This document shows, piece after piece, positions 29,229 to 40,400 of a stretch of 64,000 bases of DNA. The DNA comes from a virus, in IMG/VR virus record IMGVR_UViG_3300030099_008323, positions 64,001 to 128,000 of that record. One strand, given 5' to 3'. The notes under the pieces were generated by a model, which did not search any database, had not been told where the DNA came from, and was given only the letters and a program-made list of their open reading frames with translations. Within the stretch, counting starts at the first letter, position 1. Each line of letters starts with the position of its first letter. Made by a program: the position numbers and the translations under genes.

Positions 29229-31018
29229 TATTTAATAGTTCCTTTGATATCTGTGTTTGCAAATTTTAATTCATAAATTGCATTTTCAGGAGCATACAAT
29301 ATTCTTCCATCAGCGGAAGTGTAATGCTTAAGATTGACACTTTCGTCAGAATATCTTTCACCAACTTTTTCAACTATCTCAACATTTACTACATCAACTA
29401 TTTCTTCTAAGTTATTAAGTTTATTAAATATATCAATAATATAAATTGGTTGTCCTATATCTAGTTTCTCTTCAAACATCCCTTCAATTGATTCAATGCC
29501 TGCATTCAAAGCCTCGTATTTATCTTGATCAAAATTAACAACAGCAGTAAAATTAATTCCAATATTTATTATCATCGGATCTAAAATGTCGACAGTATCA
29601 TTTATCATTTTGTAATGGTTTATCCACGTTTTGACATTATTCTTTAAAACGGGATTAGCTACAGCTAATTTACCATCTAAATCTTCGCCTAATACATATA
29701 GATTTAAATTTCTTTTAAATGAATCTTGATCTCGAATTATTTTTGCTCGTTTAATTTTTCCAAATTTCGATGGCATCCTGTATATTAGAGCTTGATAGTC
29801 TTCAGCAGTCACTGCTCTATTTTGTGAAGAGAAAACATCATTAATTCTTTGTTTCAATTCAGAAACTGTTGGAAGACTTACATCTCCATTTATTGAAGTT
29901 TCGTTGGTGCATTCTAAGCTGTTCTTAACATAGTTTATTTTAGCGGTATCTGTTGCACTGCTGGGAAATACAAATAATGGATCTGAGATAGATGACAATT
30001 CACGTGCAGCTAAATTAGAATTTTCAGTTGTATTCGCTCTGTACACAACATTTAATATTGTATTTGCTGGTGATATGCCAAATTTGTCAGTTTCAATTAA
30101 TTTTGCTGGATCAAAAGATGTATCTTTTTCGTAATCTCTGCCATGCATTTGCAAAACAATTTTTGATGGGTGCGTTGTATTGTCATTCTTGAGAGAAGAT
30201 TCTGAGCCATATCCAAACTTTAATAATGTTTGGCCGGCTCTGCTGAATACGGTAAATCTCCTTGGTATGCTAGTCGCAACCATAACATTTGGTGTTAGAT
30301 CTTTTGATTTATTATCTTTATTAATTACAGACCTGAATACAGTATCTTGTGATAAGTAATCAACTTCAAAATATTGGTGTCCCTCAGTATCAATTACTGA
30401 TATGATCTCACTAACATTGGCATCATCAATCGAAACAGTCAAGAATCTTCTAAAATCACCAACTGAAATAGAAGTTGTTTTTAGTTCACCAGAAACTACT
30501 TTTCCAAAAGATTTAACAGCAAAAGATGTTGGATTACCTGAGTTATCTGACGTAGCTGTAATTATTTCATTGTTTGTGTCTGCAAAGTTTACATCATCAA
30601 CCAAAGAAAAAACTTGTCCTGAATTTGAAGTAATTTTTGTTCCCTTAGCCAAAACTGGAAGATAATTTAAATCAGGCGCCGTTGCATTAGGTTGTGTTGT
30701 GACTAAAATATAAAATGTTGCAATTCCAAAAGAATTTGCCTTTAAAGGTTGTTTATAGCCAACTTGCTCACCCATTCTTAATATATTATTATACTCAACT
30801 GCGGTATCGAGAAATGATTCATTAGCTTGATAATCTAGATAAAAAGAAAGAATGTCTCCAACATAAGACACAGTATCTAACATTAATGATCCAAAAGATG
30901 CTTCTGAAAAATCTTTATGGATAGAAGGGTAATAACGCTTTGCATAATCTACTAAGCCTTCTTTTATAGAAGTAAAATCTCTATTTGTATATTTTATTAT
31001 TTTTTTATCTTTGCTCAT
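29228..31018 (-). CDS. Baseplate wedge subunit (T4 gp6/baseplate J-like)
   Basis: RDFTSIKEGLVDY...DFSEASFGSLMLD...GDILSFYLDYQANESFLDTA and QNRAVTAEDY motifs; next to the gp25-like gene. Confidence 0.85.
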   Translation of the reverse strand: MSKDKKIIKYTNRDFTSIKEGLVDYAKRYYPSIHKDFSEASFGSLMLDTVSYVGDILSFYLDYQANESFLDTAVEYNNILRMGEQVGYKQPLKANSFGIATFYILVTTQPNATAPDLNYLPVLAKGTKITSNSGQVFSLVDDVNFADTNNEIITATSDNSGNPTSFAVKSFGKVVSGELKTTSISVGDFRRFLTVSIDDANVSEIISVIDTEGHQYFEVDYLSQDTVFRSVINKDNKSKDLTPNVMVATSIPRRFTVFSRAGQTLLKFGYGSESSLKNDNTTHPSKIVLQMHGRDYEKDTSFDPAKLIETDKFGISPANTILNVVYRANTTENSNLAARELSSISDPLFVFPSSATDTAKINYVKNSLECTNETSINGDVSLPTVSELKQRINDVFSSQNRAVTAEDYQALIYRMPSKFGKIKRAKIIRDQDSFKRNLNLYVLGEDLDGKLAVANPVLKNNVKTWINHYKMINDTVDILDPMIINIGINFTAVVNFDQDKYEALNAGIESIEGMFEEKLDIGQPIYIIDIFNKLNNLEEIVDVVNVEIVEKVGERYSDESVNLKHYTSADGRILYAPENAIYELKFANTDIKGTIK

Positions 31019-31416
31019 ATCTTATTTGTTCCGTCAGTAGATAAAACTAAACTAGTATTTAAATTTAAACCAGGAATTGAATAATCAATAGACAAATTTA
31101 GTATTTGAGAATCTTTTGCAAAATCTTCACTCAAATCCTGATCAAAAGAAATTTTATTCACTTCAATAAAAGGAAGATATTTTTTTGTTTGATTTATTAT
31201 TCTCTGTCTAATTTTAGGTATTGCATCACTCTTTTTTTCAAAAAGAAAATTACGCAGCCCAATACCAAAATCTGGGTTCATAACTCTCTCTCCCGGAGAA
31301 GTTAGTAAAAGATTTTTAAAATTTTGATTAATTTGTTCTGGAAAAGTAGTGGTGAGACCATAGAAACCATGCTCACTATCTCTTCTCAATGGTAACTTTG
31401 GTCCTATTCCTATCAT
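31015..31416 (-). CDS. Baseplate wedge protein gp25-like (sheath initiator)
   Basis: QNFKNLLLTSPGERVMNPDFGIGLRNFLFE is the hallmark gp25/GPW motif; 133 aa. Confidence 0.9.
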   Translation of the reverse strand: MIGIGPKLPLRRDSEHGFYGLTTTFPEQINQNFKNLLLTSPGERVMNPDFGIGLRNFLFEKKSDAIPKIRQRIINQTKKYLPFIEVNKISFDQDLSEDFAKDSQILNLSIDYSIPGLNLNTSLVLSTDGTNKI

Positions 31417-31426
31417 ATCTTAATCC

Positions 31427-34400
31427 TTATAATTCATCTTCGCAATTAACACCATCTTGGTTTTCAATGCTTTGAGATAATTCATGCTGCTTCTCTTCAT
31501 ATCCATCTATAAATAGTAGTGCAAGATAAATCATACCAGGAATGGTGCTCGGTGGACCAACAAAGAAAGGTATTGGTACTAATCCTCCGAGAAAAGGCAG
31601 CTGAGAAGGCACTAATGCAGCCCACAAACTAGGCAACAACCACGGTGATGAAAATATATCTTTAAGCACTTGTTTTGCTTTGGTGACTTTTTCATCTATT
31701 TCTTTTGTAATCTCCAACATTTGCTCTTCTAATTCGCTAACGCTGTCTTTTGCTTCTTTGTATGCTTCTATCAAATCCGCTGCTGAGTCCATCTGTTCTT
31801 TAAAATCTAAGAACGATTCATCATCCTTTAAAGTTTGCGGTACTTTGGACATATTCACTTCAAATTTCCACTCTGTTATTTCATCTGCCGATGCGTCAAG
31901 TGTAATTGCATCTTCAATGTCTTCGTCAGACCATCCCTCAGGCGCGACCGCTGATTTCCAAGCAGGGGTCAAACCTGTTTTGGTTGCACTTAAGGCAGCA
32001 CTAACTGAAGAAGCGTTAACTTCTATTTCCGTCATTGAGCTTTTTGCTTCATCTATGGCCGTTTGAATTCCTTGTTTAACTGCTCTAAGTGCTTGCTCTA
32101 CTGCTGCAATGGTCGCTTTTTGAATTGTATTTGCTATATCAATAATCGATTTTGCAATTATAATAGCCATGTCTGTGACTTCAACAAACCCTTTCAATAT
32201 AAGCATTGGTGTTCTTAATATTATCTTCAAGATCTCTTTCTCTAAATCAGGATCTTGGCCGCGGGTATCACCCATATCACCTGCTAAAGCTGGATGTCCG
32301 CCCGGGCCTAGAGGGTCAGGCTGATACTCAAATCTATCAGAATTAATCAGTGCTTCAAATATCTGCCTTAGCGCTGACTTTGACTGCTCTAAGATTTTTG
32401 TATTGTCTGTTATAAATCTAGACAAACTATCACCAGCATATAAAAATGAAAGAGTCATGTATCGGCGAAGTGGTAACAAGTGCTCAAAAACTAATTTAAA
32501 TTCAGCAGAATTCTGAAGTTCAATTAATAAATCAGAAGCAAGATCTCTATAAAACAGTTGAGAAAAATTATTAGAAAAGTGAGCTATTAATCCGTTAATA
32601 CTATCTTTTTTGTCAAAATCAGTGCTCATTTCTCTCAACACTGTATCCAAGCCAAGAATTTTGTAATCAGCCACAACATTATTCTTGTCAAACTTTGAGT
32701 AGAATCCTAATTGTGAGTATGGTCGAATAGGACTCTCATCAGAATCAGTATTGTATCTAAAGCCTTTTCTATCAAAAATTAATTTTCTAGACACCTCAAC
32801 AATTGGTATGTGTATTTCATTCGATGGAGTTCCCGCGGCGTCTTCACCTATGTATATTTTAGATTTGTTTGTAGTATAGTCATATACTTCTCGTCGACGA
32901 AGACGCTGAGATATTAAAGTTTTGCACTCGTTCAGGCCTCTCCTATTCATATGCTTACCCATGAAAGATGCAAAGTTTTTTATTCCTTCATCATTCACGG
33001 CACTGGGAGATTCTACAACGTGACTGCATGCATATGTCATACGAATCCCAATTTCTAAATTTTTAAAAAACGGTTTTAAGCCAAATCTATCAAAATATTT
33101 TTTTAATATTTCGTTATTTTCTATTTCTTTTAAAAATTTATTGTGGTAGAAGTCTGTCCATATATTTAAAGGAACATAGCCATACAAATGTGTATGCCAA
33201 GGATTAGCTCCGTAAATATTTTGTGCATCCTTAATATAATTACCTGAAGCATCAACCTCAGGTTTAACTACAGTGCCATCTGCCAAGCCCTCCCTGTAAT
33301 TTATTAATATTGGAAGATGCTCTTCTGGGTTATATTCAACAGGAGTGCCAATTGATACATCGCAAACTTGACCAGTATTTGGATCTACATACTCAACAAA
33401 CCTAAACTGATTCAAATCGTCCTGCTCAATAACTTTTACATAAGTTTGAAATATGATATTTCCTATTTGAGCATTTAAGTTATTAGACACAGTTAATTCA
33501 TGAATATTTTCTTTATCATATGGGAGTAAACCCTTGAACATGTCTGAAAAAACAACATCTCGGGCTGGCTCGCCTTCATTTTTTCCTTCGTCATAGTTTG
33601 CCCAATTTTCACTATTTATAAACTGGTCTGCTTTTATAACATACGTGCCGTCTTTTGCGGAACCCTCGGATAAAGAATTATAATCTGTTGTAGATAAATC
33701 CCCCAAAGCTTTATCATAAAATTGTCTAGTTGGCAATGAGTGGAAATAATCTTTTTGTCTATTTCTTTTCATATCTCGTCTTAAGGATGATCCTACAATG
33801 TCATCATTTATACCGAAGTTTTGATTTATGTCCGTAACCGTGTTAATATTTTTAAAGCTAAAGTTTGAATTTTTAAACGGGTGCCCATGATTAAAGCTAT
33901 AAATATTGTTGTTTAATTTAGCATCAACAATTATCTCATATCCAAAATTAAGATAAAAAGATCTTAATATTTCAGCTTCCAGTGTAATGTCTTCGTCATT
34001 AACAGATTCATATCTCGATCGGTATCTATCAACAAAATCTTCATCTGCATTAGATAACTTTGTAATATTTAGTTTTGTTGTAATTCTCTCTCCATTAATA
34101 AACATATCATCAATTATAGAAGATATTTCTCTAGACTCATTTTTAATTAAGATATCTAAAGGACTCGATTCGACCAACCTACTCCAATTGTCCTTGTAAT
34201 TTAATTTCGTTTGGTTGGTGACTATTTCTCTAGCATGCCTAGATATGAAGCTTATGTCACCAAAATCATTAATTATATTTTGTAATATTACTTTAGTCAT
34301 CAATTCATCTGAAAAAATATCTTGCATATCCATAACGTCCCACGCTATGACGCTAGCGATGCACATCTCCAAAGAATATATTTTAATAATTAATAAAACT

Positions 34401-37400
34401 ATACCTTGCAGTAAGGAATTTTTTACAGAATTTTCGCCCTCAGGGGAACTTTCATACACATCTCTACAAATTGATTTTTCATAATATTCCATAATATGAC
34501 TTTTAATCGCACCAATATTAAAAAAGTCAGTATCAGCTTCTTTTAGATCTTTTGACGATGTAATACCAAGGTTATTAAATATTTGCTGGCAAGCCTCATC
34601 TGCTTTTGATGTCTCTCCTCTAGCCTGCGGCGTCTTTAATATCTTATCCCATAGCTTTCTTAAGAACTTTCTTTTATTGAGTCTAGAAGTACGAAGGCGA
34701 GCAAACATCTGATTAGTATATGCAAATTGAAGAGCTGAATATCCATATGTAGCCATGTTAAATTCAATTGAAGACATAAATTCAGCCACTTGCTCAGTTG
34801 ATGGTGGTACATATTTTTGTTCAGTCTCAACACCTAGACCGAGGGCGTTTAAAACTGCGCTAGCTTGGGCTACTTGGGCTGTGTTTGTAGCACCGAGGAC
34901 TCCTTGGTGGCCACCATATTCTTTATAGTATTTCTCAAATTTGTTCCGGAGCAATCTTCCAAATACTTTTGCCTTGTAGTTCATTGTTTCTAAGCCGCGA
35001 AACCTTTCCTCTTGTAGGGCTTTAGTTTGTTGGTCTGATGGCGCCTGAGCTAGTAACCCTTCGGTATCTGGCGAGTTAATAATAACATCTTGTACTTTAT
35101 TAAACTCTTCGTCTATAACACTATGCATAATATCATTTATAGAGTTGTTTTCTGCGGCGGTAGGATAAAGTTCTTTTAATAAACCCTCTACATCGCTATC
35201 TATATTTTTAATAAACGAAAAATTGTAATCGATATCTGCTACATGATTATGAAATCTTGAATCAATGCTGTTAAACATTCTTGGTGGATCGTTTGAGATA
35301 AACTTTGCTTTTGCAAAATGATAATCATCTTTAAAACTATTATATATTACACTTGCGGCGCCGTTTTGATACCATATTTCTTTATTACTATCAAATGTTG
35401 ATATAGAATCACTAATCCCCTGTATCTGTCCTTCGTCTCCTAGGACAGTTAAATCACTAAATATTTCACCAATTTGTTTATTTAATTCGCTCTGATTAAC
35501 GCCGTAAACTATTTTGTTATCAATCGGCAGTGGATACCTCAAAGTATTAGGATTAAAGTTATTATAAAATGATGGCACTCTTGGCTCATATTCAGAATCT
35601 CTTTGATAATTTGATGTGTTATTGGTAGGATCCTCTTTTTTAAAATTACCATCTGGTGTAAAACCTAAATACTGAGGGAATAAATCATTGTCACCTAAGG
35701 TTTCATAAAATTTCTTGTTAACTAAATTTTCTCCCATCTCCCACGAGCCAGGGTCGTCAAACATATCTGGCTTGCGAAAATACTTAAAGAAAGTTACCGC
35801 TAAGGGAATAATTTGAGGGTGGCTATTTACATGTAGCCTAATCTTTGCATGTGTATTCGTTCTGAAACCATCAAAGTCACTATTTTTAAAAGGTGGATAA
35901 TAATCTTCGAAGATTGGTACATGTAATTCTTCTAAGGCTGAATTTAAAATGTTCTGCAGACTTTCATAATCTATGACTCCGGGAGATTCTAATATTTCTA
36001 TCATAGCGTCAATTTGTTTCTTTACACTCTTAAGTCGCTTATTCAGCTGCTTACGAACTTTGTCGCGATCGTCTTGATATGATTCGTCAGAATCGTAATC
36101 TGATCTGGGTGGAGTGTAAAAATCAATAATATCTTCAGAAATTGAAAACTGTGCGTCCTCATGGGCTCTTATCTCAGATTTTTTATCATCAAGCTCTCTT
36201 CGTTTTTTATCTTTTGCTTCATGTTCATATGAAGGTATGTCTCTAAGTTGTTGAAATAATATATGTTTTTCTTGTTCGAGTTCTTGTAGATGGTCGTTAT
36301 AATCTAAGGTTTGCTGTAGTAAATTTACACCCCCAATTGATAATTGTGTTCCAATGTCTTCAATTGCGCTTATAGAAGTCGCGCTATCTATATGCCCTAT
36401 GTCACTATTGTCCACTAGACGGCCGGTGTTTAAACATGCCGAAGAAAAAGAAGTGCCCAATAAGACATGTTCAATACTTAAGTTTTGTTCTAAATTTGGA
36501 TATATAGCTTTAATTCTTTCTTGTGTTAGCCCGGAGGCCTCAGCTAGTGTCATGTGCATAAATGCCCACGCTAGATTACCAATATAAAGAGTTGTTGTCC
36601 TAGCCATTGTCACTTCTTGATCGTAATCGCTCAGGCCGGCCTGGGCTAATTTTCTATCTATCTCTTCATCACTATAATCCTCATCTTCCCATTGATCAAT
36701 GAGATTTTCAGCTGTTTCAACTCTATCTGGATCAATTCCAAAATGAGAGCCAACCTGCACAGTATGAGGGTATGCACTTCCATCGCCAATATAATGTGGA
36801 CTTTCTGTTAGTTTTACTACTCCTGGAGATGTAGCCCTCCACACATAATCTTTATCATTTATATCATGCTTATCATCACTGTTGGGGTCATATATAGTTT
36901 GCCAAGTGATCTTTGCGCCTGTGTAATATTGTAACATCCCGTTCCAATAATTTGGGTTAGGGTTAATATCTATCAACCTATCAGTTAGCTTATATTTTTT
37001 CTTCCATATAAATTTTCTGTTTTTATTAGTGAAATCTACTGCAGTTTGCTTTGTCTCCTGATGGTTTTCCATAAAAGCTGCAAATTCTGCTTTTTTATCA
37101 GGCTTGTGGTAGTTGCTGTGGCCAGGTGAAGTTGAAAGCCCAAAAGAACCTCCAGTTTTCAAATTGTTTATTTGCCCGGAATATTGTCCGTCGTTTCTGC
37201 GGCGGCGTGGGGCGCTATCATAGGACTTTTCGTCCAGCAACATATCAACAGAATAAACAATGTTATCCAAACCGGGAGGTTTAATACTTTTTTCAAATTG
37301 CTCATAAATAACTTTATCAATATTTTCTTTTGTTTCAGTATTAGAAATTGTAGTATATTCAGAATTTTTAGAAAGAGATTCAATATAATTTTCAATAAAT

Positions 37401-40400
37401 GGTGCCAGACTATCATATCTGTTTTTATAAGTATTAAAAAATTCAATTGAATTTTCTGTTAGCACTCTGCTGTTTTCAAAAGGAAGATCGGAGTTGTCTA
37501 AAAGATCAGAAAGATCTATTGGTGATAACAACTCTCCAGCTAGAGGATTTGATGACTTACTAGACCAATATTTCGTACCCTCGGGAAGCTCATTAAAAAA
37601 CTCTGTCATAAGAACTGGCAACATCTGCTCTCTTCCAAATAAATTTTTTCCGCCATTTCTTATGAAATGGCCTATATTGCTATTGCCGACTTCATCTGGC
37701 CATGGAAGCTGCATATTTATTATTTTTCTGGCTAATGACACATAAGTCAAACTAGCTCCATAGCCAGCAAGCTCAGGGGCGTTAGAAATAGGATCGGCAA
37801 CTCCTAAAATAGGTACTCGCGGGGCAGATACATCATCCATTGAGTGGAAAATTAACTTTTGTACAGGGTTTTCCAATAACGCATTCTCTGGCGCTTTGAA
37901 TTGCGCTGAATTATAATGTATAAATTCATTGTAAGTCAAGCAATAGTTGGTATTTCTATATCTATTTTCTGTATCGGTTGAAGTATTTATAAAGTTAGGG
38001 CCAACAAAAGCGAAGCACTCAACTTTATAAGGATCTCTAGTAGCCTCTAAAAATTCTGTTTGCGCAAGCGCCATCTCATTTGGATCCGATATGGCCATTA
38101 AAGCTCTTGAGGGCAGGGAGAAGAATTTTAATGTCGACAAATCTCGAAGAAGAGTGCCTTCAACATTCATCAATATATTATCAGTAACCCTGTTCATTGT
38201 GTCTTTAATCCCCGCCGGCAAGGAAAAGGCGCCTTGAGGGCCACAAATTTCAGGTAACTTATTAGCAATTGGGTTACCTGTTGGGTATAAAAGATCTGCA
38301 ATGTCTTTTATTGTTCCACTTAAATCTTCTAACTCACGAGCAAATTGTCTCCTGGCTTGTTCATCAGACATTCCTGTATCCACAAGTTGTGTAATTCTAG
38401 CTGCGCTATTATAATCACTCTTTTGGCACAGTCCTTGTGAGGCTATTATGCGCGCGCCTTGAATAGTATCACATATGTCAATATCAATATCTTCTGATAT
38501 TCTTGTAAATATTGATTGGATAACTGCTCCGGAATCAATGCCGGCTCTATAAATACCATTGTGATTTGTAATTGTAAACTCAACACACTGGTTCAAAAGA
38601 TTAGTAGACGCCTGTGTTTTTAACAAAGCACATAGTTGATCTGTAGAGAGAGTCTCAACTATTTCAGTAAGCCACTTCAACAAATCGTTAGACCTGACTT
38701 CAGCGGGACCAACAGACTGACCTCCTCTAAAACCAGCTAGCTTACCAATGTCAGGTATCAATTGCGACGGATTGTTTCTTCCTAAAGATGAGCCTCTATC
38801 CTGTTCATCATCCTGCTCAAAGCATGTATTAAGATAGTGGGTAAGAACTGAATTTAAAATCTGACCAAGCATGGTGCCTACCGTACCCAAAAAAGTATCT
38901 AAAAGCATGTCTCCATAATCGCCCATAAAATTATTTGTGTTTAAATTATCTGAAAGATCAAGCTTTGGAGTGGGAAACCTAAACATTTTTTGTAAGTTCT
39001 CCCAATAATTTTCATAATATGAGGAATTAAACCCTTCGCCTCTTAGCAAATCTCTAGGCATATTCAATAGAGGACCTATGATAGCTTCACATATCTGCCC
39101 CAAATCTACAACTCTTTTTGCATAGGCAACCCACGCTTTAGCATCCTCAGCAAAAGCCTTAGTCGCATTAGACGTTTCAGCTGTAGCATAAACAGCTGCA
39201 TTGTTAGAATAATTAAAAGCGTCGCCTATGTCCCCTAAAGCATCAAAAGTACTGTTGATTAAAGAATCATACTGTTCTTTTTTAGGAACCAAAAAACCAT
39301 TTTGGACCATTATAGCATTTGCTTCAGCCACTGAATATCCTAATTCTTTTAGTCTCTGTCTCTCCTCTTGTATACTGCGTAAGTTATATCTTTCTAGATT
39401 TCCTTGTGCATCATATACCGGTGGCCTGATTACTCCAGGATTTAATTCAATCGCTACACCGCCTTTTTCTAAATTTTTAATGACATTAATTGCATAAGGG
39501 TCGACAACGCCAAATAATAAAGCTGCTGTCGCGAATGGTGCTCCGTCGTATGTCTCATCTAAATTTAATCCATCCTGTGAACTAAATTGAACTTCACCTG
39601 TGATAGGATCAGGTACGCCCTCAGAACGCTCTTCGCCTAAAATTTTGTCTAGATTATTGTCAATTCTATCTCTTAGACCATCTGCTGGATTAATTCCTAA
39701 AGCCATGGCTAGCGTTGGATTATAGTCGATCAATGCTTGTTTGAAGCCCATAGGATCGCTTTCAATAATTTTGACGATCACTGCCTCACATATTGCTTCA
39801 GCAGTTAGTGGCATACCAAACTTAGATTGCAAACAAGACATTAGAAGAGATAAAATACTTTGTGGATCTAAGTTGTTAAGAAACCCTCGATATAAAATCA
39901 TTAATTTTTCAAAAGCTACACTACTTGACTCCTCAAGTTCTTTTTGCCTCTCCTCAATGCTCTCTCTAGAGGACTGAGGACCAACTGCTGGAGTTGGCTT
40001 TTTAAATTGATCAAAGTAACTAGCTTGGCACTCTGGGCGACTATAAAACTGTTCTAAAATTTTTCGATCAGCTGTTGTAAGATCTGTCGACATTTCGTTA
40101 ATTTGCTTTAGTAACTCTTGACAGCTTATCATCTCTGGACTTGAGCTTTTTTTCTTAGATATATATACTCTCAATGGCGGAACAGAGTGTGTCATTAACA
40201 TCTCTATCCATGGGTCATTAATATCTTCAGTCATTGACGTCGGCGAGCTGGGGGTTTCCTCATATTTTACTAAGTGCCTAGCGTTCATTAAATAATGTAA
40301 AGTGCGTGTACCAATAACAGAAGATGTCTTAAGAATGCTTGGTGGCGAATCTCCAGATGATTCATCTGCTTCACTTTCTGATACAGCAATATCAGCTATC